Source: Deltaproteobacteria bacterium
GTDB taxonomy: Bacteria; Desulfobacterota; Binatia; UBA12015
Assembly: GCA_046583355.1 (NCBI GenBank)
Contig: JAYGCM010000045.1
Location: 1-64,000 of the forward strand
Length of the DNA: 64,000 nucleotides
Reading direction: 5' to 3'
The notes beneath the pieces were generated by a model. That model did not search any database and was not told where the DNA came from. It worked only from the letters and a program-made list of their open reading frames with translations. Numbering within the stretch: the stretch's first letter is position 1; each line of letters starts with the position of its first letter. Shown here piece after piece: positions 10,357-19,466 of the stretch. Made by a program: the position numbers and the translations under genes.

Positions 10357-10365
10357 ATAGGGATG

Positions 10366-10398
10366 TTCCTGCCGGATCCGCGGCCGGATCCGCGGGAA
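10366..10398 (+). terminator. Hairpin built from a tandem 12-bp repeat after the ATPase gene
   Basis: GCCGGATCCGCG twice (10371-10394), flanked by TTCC/GGAA. No U-tract. Confidence 0.35.
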
Positions 10399-10501
10399 AG
10401 ATTGCCTGTGAACATCGCAAGAATGCACGACCAGGCGCACCCGTGTGCAAACGCCCGTCTGCGCCACTGCCGCCAAGCGACTGCCCTGACCACGCCAATG
10501 G

Positions 10502-10517
10502 TGTTGCAGATGCAACA
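10502..10517. promoter_or_regulatory. Palindromic upstream activator sequence (TGT-N10-ACA type)
   Basis: TGTTGCA-GA-TGCAACA, about 115-130 bp upstream of a consensus sigma54 promoter. Confidence 0.6.
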
Positions 10518-10631
10518 TAGCGTCGATTCGGTGACAGGTCGGGCGTAGAGAAATACGGGGCTTCTGACACTCCGAATGTTCGGCGAGATCGGCGAGGCCC
10601 GAAATACGCAGTTCCCAGGTTGATTCACGGC

Positions 10632-10646
10632 TGGCACGAGCATTGC
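10632..10646 (+). promoter_or_regulatory. sigma54 promoter
   Basis: TGGCACGAGCATTGC is an exact TGGCACG-N4-TTGC match. Confidence 0.85.
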
Positions 10647-10685
10647 GAATCAAAAGGGCAGGCGGCGATGCACCGCCAGAAGGTG

Positions 10686-10856
10686 ATGAACAAGATGCCC
10701 AACCCGATTCATACGACGATGCTCGATCTGGTTCGCACGGTTACGGATCTCGCAACGACCGAAGGCGAAGTGATCGCGACTGTGACCTATCTCGTGAACA
10801 GCGGGAAGGTCGTGCTGATCGGTTCGTTTGCCGGCTCGCCGCTACCGCTGGCGTGA
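10686..10856 (+). CDS. Small hypothetical protein (~56 aa; alternative starts 10668 and 10695)
   Basis: TTMLDLVRTVTDLATTEGEVIATVTYLVNSGKVVLIGSFAG has protein-like composition and lies directly downstream of the sigma54 promoter. Confidence 0.7.
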   Translation: MNKMPNPIHTTMLDLVRTVTDLATTEGEVIATVTYLVNSGKVVLIGSFAGSPLPLA

Positions 10857-10880
10857 CGCCAGAACCCTCCCCGGGAGGCG

Positions 10881-10901
10881 CGGCCGAAAAGTAGGCCTGC
10901 A
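10881..10901 (+). repeat. Dispersed 21-bp repeat, copy 1
   Basis: CGGCCGAAAAGTAGGCCTGCA. Also at 44510-44530 (-), 49242-49261 and 60504-60524, with a degenerate copy at 60630-60661 (-). Confidence 0.85.
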
Positions 10902-10904
10902 CCT

Positions 10905-11861
10905 TCAGGGAGCGTCGGTACCTGCGGCGCTCTCGGCCAATTCGCCGCCGGCCGCGGAGTCGCGATCGGCGACGACCAGAGCGATCGAGCCGAGAACGAT
11001 CGCAAATCCCAGCACCTGCACTCTCGTCACGGGCTCGCCCAGAAAGACCGCCGCGCTGACCGTCGCGACCACCGGGACGGCCAGCAGAACCATCGAGATG
11101 CGCAGCGCCGAGGCATGCGCATGGGCCCAATTGGTCAGGAGGTGACCGAGCGTGCCGGGACCCAGCGCCAAGAGAAGAAGGATCCGCAGGTCGCTCGCGC
11201 TCGGAGAGCCGAACTCCTCGCCCATCGCCAGGCACGCCAATGCCATCACGATACCGGCTACCGTCGACATTCCAATCACATATTCCGTCGCGCCGATGCT
11301 ACGGCGCACGCGCTTGGAGATCAGGAAATAGGCGGTGAAGACAAAGAGGTTCAGCAGCGCCAAGAGATCACCACGACCGCCCGCCGCCGTCTCGCCGACC
11401 GAATCCCAGACCACCAACCCGGTGCCGCCGATCGCCACCAGACTGCAAAATGCCGAGCGGCCGGAAGTCCGCTCGCCGAAGAGCGGCGCGGCAACCAACA
11501 GCACCAAAACCGGCTGCAAGGCACCGATGATGGTCGCGTTCGCGATCGTCGTGAGCTTGACCGCCGTGAAAAAACAAATCTGGTGCATCGCGAAGACCAT
11601 GCCACCGAGCAACGAAGCGAAAAACCACTCACGCGTGAGAGCACGCCGCAGACGCGGCACGCCGAGGACCAGCAACCAGAGCAGCGGAATCGCAAACCAG
11701 AGGCGGTAGAAGGCCGTAATCGGCCCGCTGGTGGACACCATCTTGATCGCGACGGCACTATAGCCCCACATCGACACGGCCCCCACCACGGCTAGGACCG
11801 CCAGCGTCTCGGTCCGCAGACCAGCACCGGCCACATCCGGTATCCTCTCCGCCTGCGCCAT
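10905..11861 (-). CDS. DMT/EamA-family transporter
   Basis: About 10 TM segments in two EamA repeats (TTIANATIIGALQPV..LFGER; PVVATVSAAVFLGEPVT). Confidence 0.9.
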   Translation of the reverse strand: MAQAERIPDVAGAGLRTETLAVLAVVGAVSMWGYSAVAIKMVSTSGPITAFYRLWFAIPLLWLLVLGVPRLRRALTREWFFASLLGGMVFAMHQICFFTAVKLTTIANATIIGALQPVLVLLVAAPLFGERTSGRSAFCSLVAIGGTGLVVWDSVGETAAGGRGDLLALLNLFVFTAYFLISKRVRRSIGATEYVIGMSTVAGIVMALACLAMGEEFGSPSASDLRILLLLALGPGTLGHLLTNWAHAHASALRISMVLLAVPVVATVSAAVFLGEPVTRVQVLGFAIVLGSIALVVADRDSAAGGELAESAAGTDAP

Positions 11862-11903
11862 GCGGCCAGCCTAGCCCGCAGCCTCCGGCGGCACACTTCC
11901 TGC

Positions 11904-12920
11904 GTGACCACAGGTGTGGGAGACAGCACGCCGTCTCCGGATCGCTTGGGACGACCACCCCGGAGTTGGGGAAAGAGGATTGCCCCAGCTACCCAGCAAG
12001 CTGTGGCGAGACTGCGCATACTCGGAAACCTGCTCCCACAGCGCCTGCAACGCCTGCTTGCGCGCGGCGGCCCCGGCGGCGTCGATATCATCGTGCCGGT
12101 CTACGGCGCCCGCGAGAAGACCCTCGCGTGCCTGGAGAGTGTCTTCCAGCATGCGCGCGGCGACTGGCGCCTCCTGATCATCGACGATGCCAGCCCGGAC
12201 CCCGAACTCGTGCCGGCATTACGCCGCCGGATCGCCCGCCAGCGGCGCGTCACGCTGCATTGCGCACGCGAGAACCGTGGCTTCGTCGCCAGCGCCAACC
12301 ACGGCATGCGACGCGCCGCCGCGGCCCGGCGCGACGTTCTGCTGCTCAACAGCGATACCCTCGTTACCGCCGAGTTTGTCGCCCGCCTGCGCGGCGCCGC
12401 CCATACCTGCCCTGAAACCGGCATCGTCACCCCCTTCACGAACAACGGCACGATCTGCAGTGTGCCGCGCTTCGTAGAAAACAATCCGCTGCCAACCGGA
12501 ATTTCGCTCGATGAATTCGCAGCACTCGTCCATGAGGTGAGCCCCTGCACCCGCCCCGAGCTCGTCACGGCAGTCGGGTTTTGCATGTACATCCGCCACG
12601 AGGTCCTGGCCCAGATCGGCTTCTTCGACGCCGAGACCTTCGGCACGGGCTACGGTGAAGAAAACGATTTTTGTGAGCGCGCCAAGGCGGTGGGGTGGCG
12701 CATCCGGCTCTGCGACGATCTCTTCATCTACCATTCGGGCGCCGCCTCCTTCGGCGATTCCCGCACAGCACAGCAACAGCGCCACGCGGAACGTATCGAC
12801 AAACTCCATCCCCACTACCACCGTGATGTGCAGGCCTTCATCCAGGCCAACCCGCTCGCCGCATGGCACGCCAGGATTCAAGACGCCTTGCGCGCACGCG
12901 GCATTCACGGCAAGGACTGA
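11904..12920 (+). CDS. Glycosyltransferase family 2 (start uncertain)
   Basis: VDIIVPVYG, IIDDASPD, NRGFVASANHG, LLNSD, GFFDAETFGTGYGEENDFCER. Confidence 0.9.
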   Translation: MTTGVGDSTPSPDRLGRPPRSWGKRIAPATQQAVARLRILGNLLPQRLQRLLARGGPGGVDIIVPVYGAREKTLACLESVFQHARGDWRLLIIDDASPDPELVPALRRRIARQRRVTLHCARENRGFVASANHGMRRAAAARRDVLLLNSDTLVTAEFVARLRGAAHTCPETGIVTPFTNNGTICSVPRFVENNPLPTGISLDEFAALVHEVSPCTRPELVTAVGFCMYIRHEVLAQIGFFDAETFGTGYGEENDFCERAKAVGWRIRLCDDLFIYHSGAASFGDSRTAQQQRHAERIDKLHPHYHRDVQAFIQANPLAAWHARIQDALRARGIHGKD

Positions 12921-12924
12921 GAGC

Positions 12925-14253
12925 TTGCGGATTCTGCAGGTCACCAACGGCTATCCACCACGCGCCTTCGGCGGCGTCGAGACCCATACACAGCGCCTCG
13001 TGACAGCCCTGCGAACACGCGGCCACGACCTGCGCATCTTCACGCGCCATAGTGAAGGCGAAGGGCAGGACGGCACGCTCGTGCACGAAGAGGTCGACGG
13101 CGTGGGAGTCACCAGCATAGTGAACGACGCACGCGGTGGACGCTTCCGTGACCATTTCCTGTCTGCCCCGGTCGCCGATGCCTTCCGCGCAGAGATCACC
13201 CGCCACCGCCCCGATCGAGTCCATTTCCAGCACCTGATCGGCCTCTCGGCCGACCTTCCGACGATCGCCCACGATGCCGGTATCCGCTGCGTCGCGACAA
13301 TCCACGAGTATTGGTACGCCTGCCAGCGCGTCATGCTGCAAAAGGCCGACCTCACGGCCTGCACCGGCCCGGCCAACGAAGATTGCGTCGCCTGTTTTCT
13401 CGGCGAAGCCGCCAGCCGCGAAGAGCAAGCCGAAGCGGCTGCTCGGAGCGCGCCCTCGCTGCTCAAGCGATTGCGTGGCCGCGGGCCAAAGCCGTCGCCA
13501 GCCTTGGTCGCCGGCCCACCGGTCGCGGCCGAACGCTTCGCCTGCCTGCAGGCGGCATTACGCTCTTACGCACGCATCACCACACCCTCACAATTCGTGA
13601 TTGATGAAATGGCGCGCCAGGGCATGCCCCTGGCAGCAGACCGTACCCGCGCCATCGCGCTGGGCCTGCCGGAGGCCGCCCGTCCCGCCACGCCACCGCG
13701 CACCAGCCCCATCTCCGCTGCGGCGCCCTTGCGGCTCGTCTACATCGGCCATCTGCTGCCGCATAAAGGTCCGCATACGATTCTCGAGGCCATGCGCCTG
13801 GTCCCCGAACTGCCCTTGCGGCTCGATTTATATGGTCGACGGTGGCCGGAGAATCCCTACGAGAAAACCCTCTTCCCGCTACTCGCAGCCGAGGGCCGCG
13901 CGCATGCGCACGGCCGCTTCGCAGACGGTGACCTGCCCGATATCCTGGCCGCAGCCGACCTCCTGGTCGTGCCCTCGACCTGCCCCGAGAGCTTCGGTCT
14001 GGCAACCCGCGAAGCCTTCCTCGCCGGGCGCCCGGTGCTCTCCACCGACCGCGGCGCATTGCCGGAATCGGTAGGTGATGGGGAAGATGGCATCCTCGTG
14101 CCAGCCGAGGATGCGCCTGCCATGGCGACCGCTCTGCGACGCGTCGTAGAGCAAAAAGCCTTGCTCGGACGTCTGAGCGCTGGCGCCGCAGCGACGCGGA
14201 TACGAACGATGGACGATTACGCAGCCGAACTCGAAGCGTTTCTTTACGCTTGA
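12925..14253 (+). CDS. Glycosyltransferase family 4 (GT-B)
   Basis: RILQVTNGYPPRAFGGVE, YIGHLLPHKG, PSTCPESFGLATREAF. In-frame TTG start 4 nt after the GT2 stop. Confidence 0.9.
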   Translation: MRILQVTNGYPPRAFGGVETHTQRLVTALRTRGHDLRIFTRHSEGEGQDGTLVHEEVDGVGVTSIVNDARGGRFRDHFLSAPVADAFRAEITRHRPDRVHFQHLIGLSADLPTIAHDAGIRCVATIHEYWYACQRVMLQKADLTACTGPANEDCVACFLGEAASREEQAEAAARSAPSLLKRLRGRGPKPSPALVAGPPVAAERFACLQAALRSYARITTPSQFVIDEMARQGMPLAADRTRAIALGLPEAARPATPPRTSPISAAAPLRLVYIGHLLPHKGPHTILEAMRLVPELPLRLDLYGRRWPENPYEKTLFPLLAAEGRAHAHGRFADGDLPDILAAADLLVVPSTCPESFGLATREAFLAGRPVLSTDRGALPESVGDGEDGILVPAEDAPAMATALRRVVEQKALLGRLSAGAAATRIRTMDDYAAELEAFLYA

Positions 14254-14567
14254 GCCGATGTGTCGCGCGACGCGACGAAGCGCTCACGGAACGCCGATGC
14301 CAGGCCGAAGCGCTCGGCACGCGAGAGTTCGCCATCCCACCAAACAATGACCTGCACGCGGGCGGGACCTTTGCGCGGCTTGACCGGCGCAAACTCGAGA
14401 ATCATCGCTTCGGGATCGACCTCGAGTTGGTCCGCCAGGTCGTCGCAGAAGTCCTCGACCTCCTCGGCGCTCGGCCGCCGCTTGGCATCGATCGCGCCAA
14501 AAGTTTCCTCGTCGCGCTCGTAGCCCGCGGAGAGAAGGAGTTCTTCAAACCCACCCACATTACCCAA
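14244..14567 (-). CDS. Acidic hypothetical protein
   Basis: 107-aa ORF with protein-like composition, co-oriented with the upstream minus-strand genes. Confidence 0.55.
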   Translation of the reverse strand: MGNVGGFEELLLSAGYERDEETFGAIDAKRRPSAEEVEDFCDDLADQLEVDPEAMILEFAPVKPRKGPARVQVIVWWDGELSRAERFGLASAFRERFVASRDTSAQA

Positions 14568-14640
14568 TCTCCACGAATTCCCGGCCGTGTCCAGCGCCGC
14601 CGGAGGATCCTGCGGAAATCAAGTAAAAAGGCGTGGAAAA

Positions 14641-15711
14641 TCAGGGCGAAAAAAGGAGAACTCCAGGGACCCGCCGCGACACGGGCGCGCCGCCTTGTGC
14701 TGCACGACTCGAGGGAATCCCGACCAACTCGGTACCCGACTCGGTGCGCCGCACGAGGGCGACATCGCCACCCGCGCTGCCGAGGCCACCGGACTCGACA
14801 CCTTCGCGAACCAGAAAGTCGGCAGCCTCCTCCAGGGTGGCCCCCGGAGTCCCCGCGCGGCGGCCCTCCAATGCCACGACAATCAGCGTACCATCGGGCC
14901 GCGCCCCAAGCGCAAAAACGGGAATTCGCGCCAGCGGGAACGGACCGTGCAGGACCAGAGAATCGACGCCCGGCGAGACCCGCGAGAGCCTCTCCTCGCG
15001 CAACATGCCCAGCAAATGCTCGGCCTCTGACGCAGCCAGTGTGTGGAGCGGGATCGCGATATCGCCGCCGTGCAAAAGGATCCTGCCGGCCTCGGCCGTA
15101 TGCGGCAACACCTTGCGCAAGAGCACCCAAAACTCCGGCGGCAGCCCGCGGCCGCGACCGTCGGCGAAATCGAAGACGTTGCGGAAGTCCGCACGAAGCC
15201 GTGGATGGCCCAGAAGTTCAGCCAGTGGCACCGCCGCGCCCGCACGCACCAGGCGCGGCATCTCCAAAGCTACCCGCGGCAGCATTGCCTGAATCTCCGC
15301 AGCGACGCCCGTAAGCCCGCGCCAACCGCGCGCCGCCGCAGCACTCCAACCGAGCGCCCAGAGCCGCTGCCCGTCCGGGCTATCGCCCGCAAGGCTGTAG
15401 ACCTGCTCACCCTCGAAAAGCCAGGCACCTCGTTGCCAGCCCCAATTGGTTGGGCAAAAGGCGATGGCACCCGCCGGCGCGGCGCGAAGCCACTCCTCGG
15501 GGCGCCGCCCGACAGGCGCATGCCAAAGCGCTTCGGTCGCCGCCACGTCAAGCAACGATCCGCCGAATACGATTCCCTCGCGATAGAAACGCTCATCGAG
15601 GCAAAGACGAGGGCGTACGCTCGGTGCGACCCGAGCAATGGTGAACGCAAGCTCGACACCGGCCGCAGAGCGCCGCCGGCCGCGCTTGATCTCGATCCCC
15701 GCTACTTCCAT
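14641..15711 (-). CDS. Hypothetical protein with a distant phosphodiester-glycosidase (NAGPA/DUF2233)-like C-terminus
   Basis: ALGARPDGTLIVVALEGRRAGTPGATLEEAADFL resembles that family. ATG at 15711 lies just after the mgtE stop. Confidence 0.55.
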   Translation of the reverse strand: MEVAGIEIKRGRRRSAAGVELAFTIARVAPSVRPRLCLDERFYREGIVFGGSLLDVAATEALWHAPVGRRPEEWLRAAPAGAIAFCPTNWGWQRGAWLFEGEQVYSLAGDSPDGQRLWALGWSAAAARGWRGLTGVAAEIQAMLPRVALEMPRLVRAGAAVPLAELLGHPRLRADFRNVFDFADGRGRGLPPEFWVLLRKVLPHTAEAGRILLHGGDIAIPLHTLAASEAEHLLGMLREERLSRVSPGVDSLVLHGPFPLARIPVFALGARPDGTLIVVALEGRRAGTPGATLEEAADFLVREGVESGGLGSAGGDVALVRRTESGTELVGIPSSRAAQGGAPVSRRVPGVLLFSP

Positions 15712-15716
15712 CCCCG

Positions 15717-17096
15717 CTACAGCAGCGTACCCGCCAACAGGATGGAGGCCAGCGTAAAGTAGAGAAGGATGCCGGCGACATCGACCAAGGTCGCGACAAA
15801 AGGCGCTGAGGCCGCCGCAGGATCCGCACCGATCCGTCGCATCAGGAAGGGCAGCATCGATCCGGCCGTCGTCCCGACCAGAACCACCCCGGCCAGCGAG
15901 AGCCCCACCGTGGCGCCGATCAGAAAGGCGTGCTCGCCATAGAGCCCGAAGATCCCTGACCAGAGCCAGACACGAAGAAAACCGAGCGTGCCGAGAAGGA
16001 CGCCCAGCGCCAAGCCCGAGCGCAGCTCCCGCGACAGCACCTTCCACCAATCGCGCAACTCGATCTCGCCCAGCGCCATTGCACGAATCACAAATGTCGT
16101 CGCCTGCGAGCCGCTATTGCCACCGCTGGAGATAATCAGCGGAATAAAAAGCGCGAGTACCACGGCACGGGCGAGGTCGATCTCGAAGCGGGCCAGCGCG
16201 CTCGCCGTGAGCAATTCGCCGAGGAAAAGCAGCACAAGCCAGCTCGCCCGTTTCCGGATCAGGCCGAGCACCGGCATGACCAGGTAGGGTTCGTCGAGCG
16301 CCTCGGAACCACCGATTTTATGGATATCTTCGGTGGCTTCTTCTTCCGCGACGTCGAGAACATCGTCGACCGTCACGATGCCGATGAGGAACCCCTCGCT
16401 GTCGGTGACCGGCAGCGCGACACGGTCGTATTCGCGGAAGACCTCGATGGCGGTCTCCTGGTCGTCGGTCGCCTTGAGCGCGACATAATGGTGGTCGCAG
16501 AGGTCTTCGATCTCGGCATCGAGACGCGCCAAAAGAATCTCGCGGATACGCAGATCGTCAATCAGTCGGCCCGTATCGTCCACCACATAGACGACGTTCA
16601 GCGTCTCGCGGTCCTGGCCATGGCGGCGGATATGCTCGAGCACGCGCTCGATCGTCCAATCCTGCTTGACGCGAATATATTCGGGCGTCATCAGGCGCCC
16701 GATCGAGTCCTCGGGGTAGCCAAGCAACCAGGCCGCGACGCGGCGTTCCTTGCTCGAGAGTTGTTCAAGCAGCACACGTGAGACCGCTGGCGGAAGCTCT
16801 TCGAAAAGCGCCGTGCGGTCGTCGGGTGCCATATCGTCGAGCAGCCGGATCAGGTCATCCTGCGCCAGGGTATCGACAAGTTCGATCTGCGCTTCGGGCT
16901 CGAGATGCTCAAAGGTCTCGGCGGCGAGCGCACGCGGGAGGATGCGAAAGACGAGGCCTCGTTGCTCGACCGGGAGGCCGCCGACAAGGTCCGCGATTTC
17001 CGGCGATTCCCATCGGGCGAGTGCCTCGCGAAGACCGCTCAGGTCACGGCGTTCGAGAAACTCGCTGATCTCGGGCTGAAGAAGATGGCCAAGCAT
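15717..17096 (-). CDS. mgtE: Magnesium transporter MgtE
   Basis: MAPDDR, YPEDSIGRLMTPEY, CBS pair, SGGNSGSQ, DPAAASAPFVATLVD. Confidence 0.97.
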   Translation of the reverse strand: MLGHLLQPEISEFLERRDLSGLREALARWESPEIADLVGGLPVEQRGLVFRILPRALAAETFEHLEPEAQIELVDTLAQDDLIRLLDDMAPDDRTALFEELPPAVSRVLLEQLSSKERRVAAWLLGYPEDSIGRLMTPEYIRVKQDWTIERVLEHIRRHGQDRETLNVVYVVDDTGRLIDDLRIREILLARLDAEIEDLCDHHYVALKATDDQETAIEVFREYDRVALPVTDSEGFLIGIVTVDDVLDVAEEEATEDIHKIGGSEALDEPYLVMPVLGLIRKRASWLVLLFLGELLTASALARFEIDLARAVVLALFIPLIISSGGNSGSQATTFVIRAMALGEIELRDWWKVLSRELRSGLALGVLLGTLGFLRVWLWSGIFGLYGEHAFLIGATVGLSLAGVVLVGTTAGSMLPFLMRRIGADPAAASAPFVATLVDVAGILLYFTLASILLAGTLL

Positions 17097-17111
17097 GGTC
17101 GCAGTAGCAGA

Positions 17112-17288
17112 TCAGGACAATGTCCGTCGCGCGATTCCCTTCGTTTTACGTTTTTGGAGGCCGCCGGCCTGCTTGCTGCGCTGCGCAGCTTTTTCGCTCA
17201 GACGTGCCGGAGAGCCGCGCCTGCGCCGGCCCCTCTTGTGCCCCGTTCGGGCACCTCCATGCAACTCATAGCTGGCATCGGACCGCAT
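17112..17288 (-). CDS. Possible 58-aa highly basic protein or uORF upstream of mgtE
   Basis: MRSDASYELH...KRGRRRRGS...QKRKTKGIARRTLS has 18 Arg/Lys and stops 15 nt before the mgtE ATG. Confidence 0.3.
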   Translation of the reverse strand: MRSDASYELHGGARTGHKRGRRRRGSPARLSEKAAQRSKQAGGLQKRKTKGIARRTLS

Positions 17289-17385
17289 GCCCCATGCGCA
17301 AGAAGTATCGCGCGTCGGCCGCCAATAGTCGAGAGAGAACCAGCGAAGCTCGACAATCGGTGCCCGGACCGGAAGAATCACCCAA

Positions 17386-18201
17386 ATGAGAACCAGCCAG
17401 CCGACCTTGCCGCCCGTCCCTGCCCAAGCACGCCTGCGCAGCGCGGCCCTGCTCGGCCTGCTGGGGTGCGCGCTCGCGGCAAGCCTCGGGGCCTGCTCGG
17501 CCACTCGCCCCGGCGAAGGCGAGCCGAGCGGCGCCGTGGTCGCAGAGCGACACTATATGCGAGGCGAAGCCCTGGCCGAGCAGGGGCGCGCCCCGGAAGC
17601 GATCGACGCCTACCACGCCGCCATTCGCGCCGAGCCCGAGTTCCCGAAGGCCTATTACAAGCTCGGCAACCAATATTCGCGCCTGGGCCGCTACGAGGCA
17701 GCGATCGAGGCCTACAAGCGGGCGATCCGCCGCGACCCGGATTTCATCAAAGCCTACAACAACCTGGGCCTGGCCTATACCGCCAATGGCGCGCCCGAGA
17801 AGGCAGTCGTGGTACTACGCCGCGCGACAGCCCTGGCGCCTGGCTACGCCCGGGCGTGGAGCCATCTCGGTTCCGCTTACGAGGAAATGGGCGAGCATTC
17901 CAGAGCGATCCTCACCTTCAAAGAGGCCATCGAGATCGATCCCGGCTACGGCCAGGCCTACAATAATCTCGGCCGAGCCTATGCGAGCCTGCGGCTCTAC
18001 GACGAGGCCGAGGAGGCCTACCAGCGCGCCTTGCGTATCAATAGCGACAACGTCAATGCGGTCTTCAACCTCGGCAAGCTCTACACCATGACGGGCGACG
18101 AGGCCGCGGCGCAAACCCAACTCACGAAGCTCACGGAACTCGACCCATGGAAGGCCGACGCATTGGGCCGCGCCATCACCCGCGGCAAACCCCTGCGCTG
18201 A
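17386..18201 (+). CDS. Tetratricopeptide-repeat lipoprotein
   Basis: Lipobox LGAC followed by about 6 TPR units (AYYKLG, AYNNLG, AWSHLG, AYNNLG, AVFNLG). Confidence 0.88.
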   Translation: MRTSQPTLPPVPAQARLRSAALLGLLGCALAASLGACSATRPGEGEPSGAVVAERHYMRGEALAEQGRAPEAIDAYHAAIRAEPEFPKAYYKLGNQYSRLGRYEAAIEAYKRAIRRDPDFIKAYNNLGLAYTANGAPEKAVVVLRRATALAPGYARAWSHLGSAYEEMGEHSRAILTFKEAIEIDPGYGQAYNNLGRAYASLRLYDEAEEAYQRALRINSDNVNAVFNLGKLYTMTGDEAAAQTQLTKLTELDPWKADALGRAITRGKPLR

Positions 18202-18221
18202 GCTAACGGCACCACCCAGAT

Positions 18222-19454
18222 CTAATTAGTGGCGCCGGTCGGCACTTCGCGAAAGGGGATCCCTTTGTCGACCCGCAGCTCCGGCGGCAGGCCCAGCACA
18301 CGCTCGGCGATGATATTACGCAGCACCTCGTCGGTACCACCGGCAATGCGCAGGCCCGGCGAACCGAGATAAATTTGCTGCCACAAACCATCGTCCGCGG
18401 CCGCCGAGTCGAGCAAGCCGCCCGATTCGCCTTGCAACTCCATCGCAAACGAGGCGATCTGCTGGCCCAGCGGCGCGCCAACGGCCTTGGAAATCGCGCC
18501 TTCGGGACCCGGCGTCGACCCACCGAGCAAGGCCGAGAGTGTCCGGTAGCCGGTGTACTGAATGCCCTTCTGGGCGATATAGATATCGGCCAGCCGGCTA
18601 CGTACGGACCCATCTTCGATCGCGGGGCGGCCGTTGCGGCGGCATCGCTTTGCCAGCGCGAGCAATTTCGTAAAGCCGCCGCCACCACCACCGCCGCCAA
18701 TCGCGACTCGCTCGTTCATCAGCGTGGTCAGCGCAACCTGCCAGCCCTGACCCAGCTCGCCGAGCCGCTGCGAGTCGGGAATGCGAACATCAGTGAAGAA
18801 GACCTCGTTGAAGACCTCTCCGCCATTGATCTGCTTGATCGGACGGATCTCGATGCCGGGCGATTTCATATTGACGATGAAATAGGTGAGTCCTTTATGC
18901 TTCGGGACATCCGGGTCGGTGCGAGTGACGATCATGCCCCAATCGGAATATTGTGCACCGCTGGTCCAGATCTTCTGGCCGTTGATGACCCAATCGTCGC
19001 CCGAGCGCACGGCCGCGGTGCGCAATCCGGCGAGGTCCGAGCCAGCCGACGGTTCACTGAAGAGCTGGCACCAGATTTCCTGGCCGCGTGCCATCTTCTC
19101 AACGAAGCGCTCTTTCTGCGCATCCGTGCCATGCGCCATCAGCGTCGGGCCGAGCATGCCGTGACCGATCAGGTAGACGTCGGCGAGCGGACCATCGCGG
19201 CTTTCTTCCTGATTCCAGATCACCTGCTCCATGCGGCCCAGACCTTGGCCGCCATATTCTTTCGGCCAGGTGAGGCACGCCCAACCAGCATCGAATTTCT
19301 TCGTCTGCCAGTCTTTGGCTTTCTGGATCACGTCGAGACCGGAGTCTTCACCCTGTCGGGGCGGCGCGGATGTTCTCGCTTCGGCGTTGGCATCCAGCCA
19401 CTCGCGACAGCGGAGACGAAAAGCGGCTTCTTCGGGGGTATCTTCAAAATTCAT
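18222..19454 (-). CDS. Acyl-CoA dehydrogenase (larger subunit of a likely heteromeric pair)
   Basis: WCQLFSEPSAGSDLA, INGQKIWTS, FNEVFF, LMNER, IAGGTDEVLRNIIAER. Confidence 0.93.
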   Translation of the reverse strand: MNFEDTPEEAAFRLRCREWLDANAEARTSAPPRQGEDSGLDVIQKAKDWQTKKFDAGWACLTWPKEYGGQGLGRMEQVIWNQEESRDGPLADVYLIGHGMLGPTLMAHGTDAQKERFVEKMARGQEIWCQLFSEPSAGSDLAGLRTAAVRSGDDWVINGQKIWTSGAQYSDWGMIVTRTDPDVPKHKGLTYFIVNMKSPGIEIRPIKQINGGEVFNEVFFTDVRIPDSQRLGELGQGWQVALTTLMNERVAIGGGGGGGGFTKLLALAKRCRRNGRPAIEDGSVRSRLADIYIAQKGIQYTGYRTLSALLGGSTPGPEGAISKAVGAPLGQQIASFAMELQGESGGLLDSAAADDGLWQQIYLGSPGLRIAGGTDEVLRNIIAERVLGLPPELRVDKGIPFREVPTGATN

Positions 19455-19466
19455 CAGGGCCTCCGC

